From positions 3,616,001-3,680,000 of the forward strand of contig JASGHJ010000002.1 of the NCBI GenBank assembly GCA_047602405.1: a DNA stretch of 64,000 bases, given 5' to 3'. Numbering within the stretch: the first letter of the stretch is position 1; each line of letters opens with the position of its first letter. Shown one piece after another: positions 29,387-39,089 of the stretch. The notes under the pieces are model-generated. The model saw only the letters and a program-made list of their open reading frames with translations, made no database searches and was not told the origin of the DNA. This DNA is from Anaeromyxobacteraceae bacterium. Its GTDB lineage: Bacteria; Myxococcota; Myxococcia; Myxococcales; Anaeromyxobacteraceae. Made by a program: the position numbers and the translations under genes.

Positions 29387-29728
29387 CTACGCCGCCCGCG
29401 GCGCCGTGAGGCGCCAGAGCATGCCGAGGAGGCGATCGCAGGCGCGGAGGGCAGGCTCCGCGTCGGCGGAGGAAACGTAGCCCCACGCCAGGGCGACGTG
29501 GAGCGCCGCCCGGACCTCGTCCGCGCTGCCGGCGGCGATGCGGAAGGAGTGGAGGCGATCCTTGCCCACGCGCCGGTTGCCCTCCGCGAGGTTGAGCGGG
29601 ATGGACGACGCCGCGCGGGAGAGCTGATCGGCGAGCGAGGCGTCGCGCCGCGCGAGCGCGCCGCGAAGGTCGCGGAGAGAGGCGATGACGGCGAGGGCGA
29701 CGTCGTACGCGATGAAGGTGGAGGACAT
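29387..29728 (-). CDS. Four helix bundle protein (23S rRNA IVP / TIGR02436-like), paralog
   Basis: LADQLSRAASSIPLNLAEGNRR...FRIAAGSADEV...ALAWGY; AAGGAG RBS. Confidence 0.9.
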   Translation of the reverse strand: MSSTFIAYDVALAVIASLRDLRGALARRDASLADQLSRAASSIPLNLAEGNRRVGKDRLHSFRIAAGSADEVRAALHVALAWGYVSSADAEPALRACDRLLGMLWRLTAPRAA

Positions 29729-29737
29729 GGAGAGGCT

Positions 29738-29871
29738 CCTTTCGGCTGTGGGCTGCGTCTGCCCCCTTCCCGGCGCAGGTTTCATGACGGGCCCCGGGAC
29801 CGAGCGAACGCGAGCGGTGGCCCGGCAGGAAACGTGCGCCGTCCAAGCAGACGCAGCCCACAGCCGCAAGG
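29738..29871 (-). ncRNA. Candidate structured 5' leader (rod-like hairpin), copy 2
   Basis: 24/25-bp outer stem with compensatory changes relative to copy 1; same inner helices. Confidence 0.65.
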
Positions 29872-29962
29872 AGGCCGGCGACCGCCCAATCACAAGAGTG
29901 ACGGCCCCCTCACCCGCCAGCGGGAACATTCACTCCGAGTCGGGCAGTCCGGGTCTGCCCCC

Positions 29963-30051
29963 CCTCCGCCTCCGTCTCCGTCTCCGTCTCCGCCTCCGCC
30001 TCCGCCTCCGCCTCCGCCTCCGCCTCCGCCTCCGCCTCCGCCTCCGTCTCC
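29963..30051. repeat. (CTCCGC/CTCCGT)n hexamer microsatellite
   Basis: About 14 tandem hexamers, read directly. Confidence 0.92.
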
Positions 30052-30057
30052 CCAAGA

Positions 30058-30092
30058 ATGAGAAGCCCGCCCGCTCTCTCGAGCGGACGGGC
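30058..30092 (-). terminator. Probable intrinsic terminator of amtB
   Basis: Minus strand GCCCGTCCGCTC-GAGA-GAGCGGGCGGGC followed by TTCTCATTCTT. Confidence 0.6.
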
Positions 30093-30118
30093 CCCCGACA
30101 CCCGGACTCCGACCTACC

Positions 30119-31522
30119 CTACTGCGCCACCGCAGCCGGCACGCTGGACGCGGCGGCCGAAGGCGCCGCCGCGCCGGTCGAGTCGGAATCCCCCGAGATG
30201 TACGCCCGCTCGCCCGCGTCGACCTGGTCCATGCCCGCCCACTGGTCCTGCTGGTCCGCCGCGAGCGGCGTGATCGCCCCGACGACCTTGTAGAGCCCGA
30301 ACGACAGCACCCCGGAGAAGGCCATCGTCACGACGACCCCCAGGGCCTGCTTCCCGAGGAGCACGAGGGATCCATCCGCCCCGGCCGAGTTGACCGCGGT
30401 GGACGCGAACACCCCGGTGAGGAGCGCGCCGAGCGTGGCCGCGACGCCGTGGACGGCGAAGACGTCGAGCGAGTCGTCGAGCCCGAGCTTCGGGCGGATG
30501 CGGATGGCCGTGAAGGACGCGAGCGCGGCGAGGCCGCCGATGACGAGGCCGGAGGCCGGCTTCACGAAGCCCGCGGCGGGGGTGATGGCGACCATGCCGG
30601 CGACCGCGCCGGAGGCGAGGCCGACGCCGGAGATCTTGCCGTGGAGGAAGAGCTCGGCGAGGCCCCAGGCCGCGGCGGCGGCCGCGGGGGCGAAGAAGGT
30701 GTTCACGAAGGCGGTCGAGGCGAGGCCGTTCGCCGCGAGCGCGGAGCCGCCGTTGAAGCCGAGCCAGCCGAACCAGAGCAGGCCCATGCCGAGGATCGCG
30801 AAGGGCACGTTGTGCGGGAGCACGGTCGGGCTCCGCAGGTTCGCGCGCTTGCCGATCACGATCGCGCCGACGAGGGCGGCGGCGGCGGCGTTGATGTGGA
30901 CGACGGTGCCGCCGGCGAAGTCGAGGACGCCGAGGCCGCGGAGCCAGCCGCCCGGGGCCCAGACCCAGTGCGCGACCGGCGAGTAGACGATGAGGCTCCA
31001 GAGCGCGGTGAAGAGCACGAACGCCTTCGTCCGCACCCGCTCGACGAGGGCGCCGGAGATCAGCGCCGGGGTGATGACCGCGAACATGCCCTGGAAGAGC
31101 ATGAAGGCGGAGTGCGGGATGGTGGCCGAGAGCGAGGCCTCCGGCGCGTCGCCGACGCCGGTGAGGAACGACCAGGAGAGGCCGCCGATGAAGGCGTCGA
31201 GCTTGCCGCCCGGAGAGAACGAGAGGCTGTAGCCGACCACCGCCCACAGCACGCCGATGAAGGCCATGCAGACGATCGAGAGGTTCATCGTCTGGACGGC
31301 GTTCTTCGCGCGCACGAGGCCGCCGTAGAAGAAGGCGAGGCCCGGCGTCATGAGCATCACGAGGCCGGCCGAGACGAGCACGAGGGCCGTGTCGCCCGTG
31401 TCGATCTTCGCGGGCGGCGCGTCCTCGGCGAGGGCGATCAGCGGCGCGGCGAGCGCGAGCCCGCCGAGGGCGAGGCGGGTGGCCCAGGCACGGGCGGTCG
31501 AGGGAGCGGCGGGACGGGTCAT
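30119..31522 (-). CDS. amtB: Ammonium transporter
   Basis: LVMLMTPGLAFFYGG, FQGMFAVITPAL, AHWVW, LDFAGGTVVH, LWFGWLGFN, DDSLDVFAVHG. Confidence 0.96.
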   Translation of the reverse strand: MTRPAAPSTARAWATRLALGGLALAAPLIALAEDAPPAKIDTGDTALVLVSAGLVMLMTPGLAFFYGGLVRAKNAVQTMNLSIVCMAFIGVLWAVVGYSLSFSPGGKLDAFIGGLSWSFLTGVGDAPEASLSATIPHSAFMLFQGMFAVITPALISGALVERVRTKAFVLFTALWSLIVYSPVAHWVWAPGGWLRGLGVLDFAGGTVVHINAAAAALVGAIVIGKRANLRSPTVLPHNVPFAILGMGLLWFGWLGFNGGSALAANGLASTAFVNTFFAPAAAAAAWGLAELFLHGKISGVGLASGAVAGMVAITPAAGFVKPASGLVIGGLAALASFTAIRIRPKLGLDDSLDVFAVHGVAATLGALLTGVFASTAVNSAGADGSLVLLGKQALGVVVTMAFSGVLSFGLYKVVGAITPLAADQQDQWAGMDQVDAGERAYISGDSDSTGAAAPSAAASSVPAAVAQ

Positions 31523-31606
31523 GGACTCCTCGGGGGTGGCGAGCGTGTCTGAAGTTCGGGCGTACTGACCGTCCGCCGTGCAGCGGCCGGCCCGGGAGGG
31601 ACATTC

Positions 31607-31623
31607 TGCACGTGGCATGCCCG
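31607..31623 (-). promoter_or_regulatory. Candidate sigma54 -24/-12 promoter for amtB
   Basis: Minus strand GGGCATGCCACGTGCA (GG-N10-GC) about 85 nt upstream of the start; amtB is classically Ntr/sigma54-controlled. Confidence 0.5.
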
Positions 31624-31796
31624 GCCGTTCTCCGTGCAAGGTGCACGAAAGGCCCGCGTTCGACGTCAGGGAGCCGCCACGTTGCCCGGGATCGAGGCGA
31701 CCGGCTGCCTCGACTTCTGGCACCTGGGGCCGAGCACCTGGGCCGGGGAGACCGGTCGCCTGCCGTGCCGGGCACCGCCCCGCCGGGGGCCCGCGC

Positions 31797-33261
31797 TCAG
31801 GCCGGCCCGCGTGGCCGGACGATCGTGACCGTGCAGGGCGCCTCGGCGGCGACCTTCGTCGACACCGTGCCGAGCGCGCCGAAGAACTTCAGCGCCTCGG
31901 GCATGGCGTCGGGCGACACGTCGGAGGAGACCGAGCCGAGCATGCCCCGCATCTGCGCCCCGCGGGGCGGCGCGCCGATGACCACGTGGTCGACCGCGTT
32001 CATGCGCGCGTAGCGGAGGAGCGCCTCCGCGGTGTCGGCCGACTCGAGCACGTGGAACGAGACCCGCGCGGCGGGCAGCGCGAGGGGCTCGGCCCAGTGG
32101 CGGAGCGCGACGAGCTCCTTGATGCGGTGGCCGGTGGCGTGGTCGTCGAGGCCGCTGCCGCCGAGCTCGGAGGCGGGCCGGATGACCGTGACCGCGGCGA
32201 GCCGCGCCGCCGGGTCGGCCGCCATGTCGCGGCGGGCCACCTCGCGCAGGGCCGTGAGCTGCGCCTCGTCGGCGTGGCCGGTGGCGACGGCGACCATCAC
32301 GATGCTCGCCTGCGAGAGCTGCACCGAGGGGCGCGGGATCGGCGCCGGCTCGTAGCCGGCCGCCTTCACCCAGCGCTTCAGCACCCGCAGCGGCCCCGCC
32401 TGGCGGAGCCGCTTCCCGCGCTCGCCCACCGCGACCTCGTCCGGGTGGGCGAGGTCGAGCGCGAGCTGTGCCGCGGTCGGGTAGCGGGCCCGCCCGTCCA
32501 CCTCGAGGCAGCGCAGGATGATCTCCTGCAGCCAGGGCGGCAGGTCGCGGGCGAGCGCGCGGGGCGGGACCGGATCGCGCCAGAGCCGGCGGCGCAGGCC
32601 GGCCTCGCCGGTGGGGTGCCCGAACGGGAGCCGCCCGGTCGCGAGCTGGTAGAGGATCGCCCCGATCGCGAAGACGTCGCTGCGCGGATCCGAGCGGACG
32701 CCGACGATCTGCTCGGGCGACATGTACGGCGCCGAGCCGATGGGCCGGGTGGTCTCCTCGGCGAGGAGGTCCGGGAAGTGGCCGTGGTGCGCGAGCCCGA
32801 AGTCGACGAGTACCGCCTCCCCGCCCGGCCGCACGAGCACGTTCCCGGGCTTGAGAATCGAGGTGGATCGCCTCCTGCTGGTGGAGGAGGTGCACGGCGG
32901 TCGCGAGCGCGGCGCCGAGGCGGGCCACCTCGTCCGCCGGGAGCGGCGCCCGGTCGGCCCACTCCTGCAGCGGCCGGCCGTCCACGTGCTCCATCACGAT
33001 GTACGGCAGGACCGCGACGTCGCCTGCGGCCACGAAGCGCGGGACGGCCGGCCCCTGGAGCGCCGCCATGACCATCGCCTCGACCTCGTACGAGATGATG
33101 GTCGCGGCCGGCTCGCCGGGGCCGATGCGCGGCACCTTCATCAGGAGCGGGAACCCCTGGTCCTCGCGGCTGACGCGGTGGAGCACCGCCATGCCGCCCT
33201 CGTGGACGGGCGCGCCCACGGTGAAGCCGTCGACGACGCTGCCGGGCTCGACGCGCGGCAC
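31797..33261 (-). CDS. Bifunctional Ser/Thr kinase / universal stress protein; +1 frameshift at ~32857
   Basis: GGMA, MKVP, HLD[LKPGN] split across frames, DFGLA, YMSPEQ, RSDVFA; C-terminal USP-like domain. Confidence 0.88.
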
Positions 33262-33264
33262 GCG

Positions 33265-34008
33265 TCAGCCCCCCCGCTCGAGCCGCTGCGCGAGCAGCTC
33301 CGGGAGGCCCGCGTCGCGCATCTTCCGGGCGACGGTGCGCCAGTCGTAGGGCACGCGGTGGAAGGTGAGCGTGTGCTTCGCGAGGTCGGCCATCGCGTAG
33401 GCCGCGGCGGTGTTGCCGTCGCGCGGCTGGCCGGCCGAGCCGACCACCGCGAGCCACCGGCGGTGGATGGGGGTGGGGATCGGCACGCCCGGCTTCGGGG
33501 AGAACGGCACCGGGCGCCCGTGGGGGCCCTCGAAGTAGAGCGCCTGCTCGTGCACGTGGCCGACGAAGACGAACCGCGCCGTGGAGCGCTCGAAGCAGCG
33601 CTGGGCGCGGTAGGTGTCGTTCACGTAGATCCACTCCTTCGGCGCCTCGGCCGAGGCGTGCACCAGGAGCACGTCGCCCCAGCTCACCGAGAGCGGCAGG
33701 CCGCGCAGGAACTCGCGCTCTCGCTCGCCCAGCTGCTGGCGGGTCCAGCGCACGGCCTCCGCGGCGGGGCCGTTCATGAACTCGGTGTCGCCCTCGAGCG
33801 CGGCCTCGTCGTGGTTGCCGAGGACCACCGCGGCGCCCCGCCTGGCGAACCCCGCCACCCGGTCGATCACCGCGACCGGGTCCGGGCCGTAGCCGACGAG
33901 GTCGCCCAGGAAGGCCCACTGCTCGGCCCCGGCCGCCTGGGCGTGGGCGAGGCAGGCCTCCAGGGCCTCGAGGTTCGCGTGCAGGTCCGAGAGGAGGGCC
34001 AGCCTCAC
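33265..34008 (-). CDS. Metallophosphoesterase (calcineurin-like)
   Basis: SDLHAN, GDLVGYG, GNHD, GHVH, GSAGQPRDG. Confidence 0.93.
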   Translation of the reverse strand: MRLALLSDLHANLEALEACLAHAQAAGAEQWAFLGDLVGYGPDPVAVIDRVAGFARRGAAVVLGNHDEAALEGDTEFMNGPAAEAVRWTRQQLGEREREFLRGLPLSVSWGDVLLVHASAEAPKEWIYVNDTYRAQRCFERSTARFVFVGHVHEQALYFEGPHGRPVPFSPKPGVPIPTPIHRRWLAVVGSAGQPRDGNTAAAYAMADLAKHTLTFHRVPYDWRTVARKMRDAGLPELLAQRLERGG

Positions 34009-34059
34009 GCACCGGAGGATAACACCCGGTGGAGCACCGGCCGCGCCCCAAATGCCGCG

Positions 34060-35394
34060 CTAACGCATGAAGACGAAGGTCACCGCGACGAAGAGCGGGA
34101 CGAGCACGGCGCCGCTCCAGGCCATGTAGCCGAGGAAGCTCGGCATCCGGACGCCGTTCGCCTCGGCGATCGCCTTGACCATGAAGTTGGGGCCGTTCCC
34201 GATGTACGAGTTCGCGCCCATGAGCACCGAGCCGAGCGCGACGGCCTGGAGCAGGCTCGCGCCCCGCGGCGACGCGACGAGCTCGGCGAGCCGGGCCGCG
34301 TCGGTGCCGGCGAGCCCGCTCGCGGCCGAGGCGAACGCGAGGTAGGTGGGCGCGTTGTCGAGGAAGGACGAGAGCGCGCCCGAGGCCCAGAAGAACTGCC
34401 ACGGCTCGGTGAGCCCCAGCGCGGCGCCGCGGGCGTTGAGGATCTCGAGCGCGGGGATCATCGTCGCGAAGATCCCGGCGAAGATCACGGCCACCTCCAC
34501 GATGGGACCCCAGGAGAAGGCGTTCTCCGCCCGGAGCTCCCCCGGCGTCGTGACGAGCGAGAGGCCACCCAGCACGAGCAGCCCGAGCCCCTGCGCCCAG
34601 ACCGGCGCGCCGTACACGCCGCAGACGAGGAGCAGCACCACCACCGCCGCGAGGTAGGCGAGGTTCCGCTTCCCGGCCACGTGGACGGGGAGCACGTGGC
34701 CCACCGCGACCTGGTCGAGGTCCTCGTTCCTGCGTTCGAGGTCCTCCTGCCGGAAGATCTGCGAGTCGACGATGTAGAAGAGGACGAGCAGCGCCGCGTT
34801 CACCATCAGCCACGCCGGGAAAAGCCGCAGCGTCCAGAGGAACGGCACCCCGCGCAGGAACCCCAGGAAGAGCGGCGGATCGCCCAGCGGGGTGAGGAGC
34901 CCGCCCGCGTTCGAGACCACGAAGATGAAGAACACGAACACGTGCGCCTTGCGCCGGCGGATCGAGTTCGCGCGGAGCATCGGACGCACGAGCACCATCG
35001 AGGCGCCGGTCGTGCCGATGACGGAGGCGAGCACCGCGCCGATCGCGAGGAACACCGCGTTCGAGCCGGGCGTGCCGGCGAGCGTGCCGCGGACCACCAC
35101 CCCGCCGGAGATGGTGTAGAGGGTCCCGAGGAGCAGGATGAACGCCGCGTACTCCTCGGCGGTGTGGCGCACGACGTCCGGCTGCAGGAGCGAGATCCAC
35201 GCCAGCACCGGCAGCCCGAGCAGCGCGGAGACGAGCGCCTTGTTCCGGTTGGGCTCCCAGAGGTGGCCGGCCGCGAGCGGCAGGATCGCGATGCAGAGCA
35301 GCATCAGGACGAACGGCAGGACGGCCCAGGCGGGCAGCGCGTGCCCGAGGGCGATCGATTCACCCGGCGTGATGGCGGTCGCGAGCGGCGGCAT
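34060..35394 (-). CDS. Putative sodium:proton antiporter (ion transporter superfamily)
   Basis: IGTTGASM, LTPLGDPPLFLGFL, LSSFLDNAPTY, YIGNGPNFMVK, MPSF. Confidence 0.88.
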   Translation of the reverse strand: MPPLATAITPGESIALGHALPAWAVLPFVLMLLCIAILPLAAGHLWEPNRNKALVSALLGLPVLAWISLLQPDVVRHTAEEYAAFILLLGTLYTISGGVVVRGTLAGTPGSNAVFLAIGAVLASVIGTTGASMVLVRPMLRANSIRRRKAHVFVFFIFVVSNAGGLLTPLGDPPLFLGFLRGVPFLWTLRLFPAWLMVNAALLVLFYIVDSQIFRQEDLERRNEDLDQVAVGHVLPVHVAGKRNLAYLAAVVVLLLVCGVYGAPVWAQGLGLLVLGGLSLVTTPGELRAENAFSWGPIVEVAVIFAGIFATMIPALEILNARGAALGLTEPWQFFWASGALSSFLDNAPTYLAFASAASGLAGTDAARLAELVASPRGASLLQAVALGSVLMGANSYIGNGPNFMVKAIAEANGVRMPSFLGYMAWSGAVLVPLFVAVTFVFMR

Positions 35395-35517
35395 GAGGGT
35401 CCACCGTAGGGAATCGCGCGCGTGCGGGTCAACGCCGGACGCGCGGCGGGGCGAGATTCCCGCTGCCCGGGGGCCGGGCACCTGCCTCCGGGGCGCGCAG
35501 CCGGGCGGGGCGCCGCG

Positions 35518-35547
35518 TTGACGCGGCCGGACGGCCTTGCCTATAAC
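35518..35547 (+). promoter_or_regulatory. Candidate sigma70 promoter for the cystathionine operon
   Basis: TTGACG-18 nt-TATAAC, about 45 nt upstream of ATG 35592. Confidence 0.6.
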
Positions 35548-35591
35548 CGCGAGTCTTCTACCCTTCTCCGGTCCCGGCCGGGAGCGAGCGC

Positions 35592-36972
35592 ATGAGCCAC
35601 CACGAGAACGTCCTGTCGGCGATCGGCCACACCCCGCTCGTCCGCCTCAACAAGGTCGTCGACCCGAACGGCGCGAACGTCCTCGCGAAGCTCGAGTACC
35701 TGAACCCCGGCGGCGCCATCAAGGACCGCATGGCCGTCCACATGATCGAGAAGGCCGAGAAGGCGGGCCTGCTCAGGAAGGGCGGCGTCATCGTCGAGAA
35801 CACGAGCGGCAACACCGGCGTCGGCCTCGCGCTCGCCGCGGCGGTGAAGGGCTACCGCTGCATCTTCACGATGCCGGACAAGATGTCGAAGGAGAAGCAG
35901 GACACGCTGAAGGCCTTCGGCGCGACCGTGGTGGTCACCCCCACGAACGTCCCCGCCGACTCGCCGGAGAGCTACTACTCGGTCGCGAAGCGCATCGCCG
36001 CCGAGACGCCCAACAGCTTCTACGTGAACCAGTACCACTCGCCGGACAACATCGAGGCGCACTACCGCTCGACCGGCCCGGAGATTCTGGGAGCAGTGCG
36101 AGGGGCGCATCGACGCGTTCGTCGCGGGCGTCGGCACCGGCGGGACGATGAGCGGCGCGGGCAAGTTCCTGAAGGAGAAGAACCCGAAGCTCCTGAACGT
36201 CGGCGCCGACCCCATCGGCTCGGTCTACTTCTCGATGTTCAAGACCGGCAAGCTCTCCCAGCCTCACGTCTACAAGGTCGAGGGCATCGGCGAGGACATG
36301 ATGTGCGGCGCGATGGACCTCACGGTCCTCGACGACGTCCGCCAGGTGAACGACGCGCAGGCCTTCGCGATGGCCCGGCGGCTCGCGCGCGAGGAGGGCA
36401 TCTTCGCGGGCGGCTCCTCCGGCGCGGCGGTCCACGTCGCCGTGCAGATCGCGAAGGAGCTCCCGAAGGGCAAGATCGTGGTCGTGCCGCTGCCGGACGG
36501 CGGGCGCGCCTACATCTCGAAGTTCTACTCGGACGAGTGGATGCGCGACAACGGCTTCCCGGTCGAGGGCACCGAGTCGCTCGCGCAGGCCACCGTGAAG
36601 GACGTGCTGTCGGGCCGCCGCGGCGAGGTGTTCAGCGCGAGGCGCACCGACAAGGTCGAGTCGGTCGTGAAGCGCATGCGCGAGCACGACGTCTCGCAGA
36701 TGCCGGTCGTCGACGACGCGGGCCGCGCCATCGGCATGATCCACGAGTACGACCTCCTCAACTTCCTCCTCGAGGGCAAGCACCGCCTCTCCGAGATCGT
36801 GGAGCCGCTGGTGCAGCCGCTGCAGGGCGTCGTCACGCTCGACACCCCGGTCGGCCGCCTGCGCGAGATCTTCAACGACGACAACGTCGCCGTCGTGAAG
36901 GAGGGCGAGAAGGTGACCGGCATCGTCACCAAGATCGACCTCATCGAGTTCCTGGGGGACCGGCTCCGCTGA
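35592..36972 (+). CDS. Cystathionine beta-synthase with C-terminal CBS domains; +1 frameshift at ~36085
   Basis: KLEYLNPGGAIKDR, TSGNTG, GTGGT, YKVEGIG, GGSSG, SQMPV. Confidence 0.9.
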
Positions 36973-37003
36973 CCCGGCGGCCGGAACGGGCGCCGTTCAC
37001 GGC

Positions 37004-37840
37004 ATGCCTCGCCGCCTCTCCGCGCGGGAGCTCGAACGGTCCGCGGCCCGCCGCGCCGCGCCGCGGGAGGCGCCGGCGCCCGGGGTGGGCGAGGCGCTCG
37101 CGATGCTCGTGCGCCGCGGGCTCTCGCCCCGGCTCGCCCGGCCGGACCTCCCCTTCCCGCGCGACCTCGACGAGGCCGCGGCGGACCGGGTCTCGGCGGC
37201 GCTGCGGCGCTACGGGTTCCGGCTGTTCCTGCGCGACGCGATCCTCGCGGACGGGCCCTTCCGGCCGGCCGACGCGAGCCGCTACCTCGAGGGCCTCGAG
37301 GCCGAGCGCGCGGCCGAGGAGCTCGTCGCGCTCGGGCTCGCCGTCCGGCTCCCCGACGCGCGCGTGCGCCTCGTGCACCCGGCGCGGAGCTTCGGCGGCA
37401 CGCTCGAGTGGTGGGTGGCGCGCGAGCTCGGACGCAGGCTCTCCGCGGACGTCGCGGTGGGCGTGCGGTCGGGCTCGCCGGGCGTGGGCGGCGACCTCGA
37501 CGTCGTGCTCGCGCTCGAGGGACGGCTCGCCTACCTCGAGCTGAAGAGCGGACCGCCGAAGCACCTCGTGGCGGGCGAGGTGGAGGCGTTCCTCGCCCGG
37601 GTGCGGGCGCTCAGGCCGCACCTCACCCTGTTCGCGCTCGACACGGCGCTGCGGCTCGAGGACAAGGTGCTGCCGATGCTCGTCGCCGCCACGCGGGGGG
37701 CCGATCCCCTTCCCGTCCGCCGGGGTGTCTGGCGCGTCGCGCCAGGGCTCTACCTCGCCGGCGCGCGCGGCGATCTCGTCGAGAACCTCGCGTCGGCCGT
37801 CGCCCACGGGCTCGCGGCGCTCGCTCCGGCGCCGCCGTGA
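37004..37840 (+). CDS. Hypothetical protein with PD-(D/E)XK nuclease-like motif
   Basis: GGTLEWWV...GDLDVV...YLELKS. Confidence 0.65.
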   Translation: MPRRLSARELERSAARRAAPREAPAPGVGEALAMLVRRGLSPRLARPDLPFPRDLDEAAADRVSAALRRYGFRLFLRDAILADGPFRPADASRYLEGLEAERAAEELVALGLAVRLPDARVRLVHPARSFGGTLEWWVARELGRRLSADVAVGVRSGSPGVGGDLDVVLALEGRLAYLELKSGPPKHLVAGEVEAFLARVRALRPHLTLFALDTALRLEDKVLPMLVAATRGADPLPVRRGVWRVAPGLYLAGARGDLVENLASAVAHGLAALAPAPP

Positions 37841-37913
37841 GCGGCGGAGCCCCTGCCGGGCGCCCTCCCCGGCGTGGCGCTCCGGGCCCGGCAAGGCTAA
37901 CCTCCCGCCCGCC

Positions 37914-39089
37914 ATGGCGACCTCCGACCGCAAGTTCTCGATCGACACGCTCGCGATCCACGCGGGCCAGAAGCCCGACCCCACCACCGGCGCGGTGATG
38001 ACGCCGGTGTACCTCACCTCGACGTACGCGCAGTCGAGCCCGGGCGTGCACAAGGGCTTCGAGTACTCGCGCTCGCACAACCCCACCCGCTTCGCGCTCG
38101 AGGCCTGCCTCGCCGCGCTCGAGGGCGGGAGGCACGGCTTCGCCTTCGCCTCGGGGCTCGCCGCGACGGACTGCGTGCTCCACCTCCTCGACGCGGGCGG
38201 CCACGTGGTGGCGTCCGACGACGTCTACGGCGGGACCTTCCGCATCTTCGACAAGGTCTTCCGCCGGCTGGGGCTCACGTTCGACTACGTCGACATGACC
38301 GATCCCGCGAACGTCGAGCGCGCGATGCGGAAGGACACGCGCCTCGTCTGGATCGAGAGCCCGACCAACCCGATGCTCAAGATCGTGGACCTCGCGGCGG
38401 TCGCCGGGATCGCGAGGGCGCACGGCGCGCGGTCGGTGGTCGACAACACCTTCGCGACGCCCTACTTCCAGCGGCCGCTCGAGCACGGCGTCGACGTCGT
38501 CGTGCACTCGATGACGAAGTACCTGAACGGTCACTCCGACGTGGTGGGCGGCGCGATCGTCACGGCGGACGACGCCCTCGCCGAGAAGATCCGGTTCCTG
38601 CAGAACGCGGTGGGCGGCGTGGCCTCCCCGATGGACAGCTTCCTCGTGCTGCGGGGGCTCAAGACCCTGCACGTCCGCATGGAGCGCCACGCCCAGGGCG
38701 CGATGGCGGTGGCGCGGTTCCTCGAGAAGCACCGGCAGGTCGAGAAGGTGACGTACCCGGGCCTCGAGGGCCACCCGCAGCACGCGCTCGCGAGGCGCCA
38801 GATGCGCGGCTTCGGCGGGATGCTCTCGTTCGTGGTGAAGGGCGGGCTGCCCGCGGCGAAGGCGTTCCTCGAGGCGCTCGAGATCTTCGCCTGCGCCGAG
38901 TCGCTCGGCGGCGTCGAGAGCCTCGCCGAGCACCCGGCCATCATGACGCACGCCTCGGTGCCGAAGGAGACCCGCGAGAAGCTCGGCATCGCCGATGGCT
39001 TCGTGCGGCTCTCGGTCGGCATCGAGGGGACCGAGGACCTCCTCGCGGACCTCGAGCGCGGCCTCGCGGCCGCGGCGCGGGCGGGCTAG
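37914..39089 (+). CDS. Cystathionine gamma-lyase/gamma-synthase (PLP-dependent, Cys/Met metabolism)
   Basis: YSRSHNPTR, FASGLAA, ESPTNP, DNTFATP, HSMTKYLNGHSD, ESLGGVES. Confidence 0.93.
   Translation: MATSDRKFSIDTLAIHAGQKPDPTTGAVMTPVYLTSTYAQSSPGVHKGFEYSRSHNPTRFALEACLAALEGGRHGFAFASGLAATDCVLHLLDAGGHVVASDDVYGGTFRIFDKVFRRLGLTFDYVDMTDPANVERAMRKDTRLVWIESPTNPMLKIVDLAAVAGIARAHGARSVVDNTFATPYFQRPLEHGVDVVVHSMTKYLNGHSDVVGGAIVTADDALAEKIRFLQNAVGGVASPMDSFLVLRGLKTLHVRMERHAQGAMAVARFLEKHRQVEKVTYPGLEGHPQHALARRQMRGFGGMLSFVVKGGLPAAKAFLEALEIFACAESLGGVESLAEHPAIMTHASVPKETREKLGIADGFVRLSVGIEGTEDLLADLERGLAAAARAG

Noticed and set aside
28993..29728. Diversity-generating retroelement (Avd) or 23S rRNA intervening sequence
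   Set aside because: No reverse transcriptase, no TR/VR pair with adenine-specific mismatches, and no rRNA sequence in the window.
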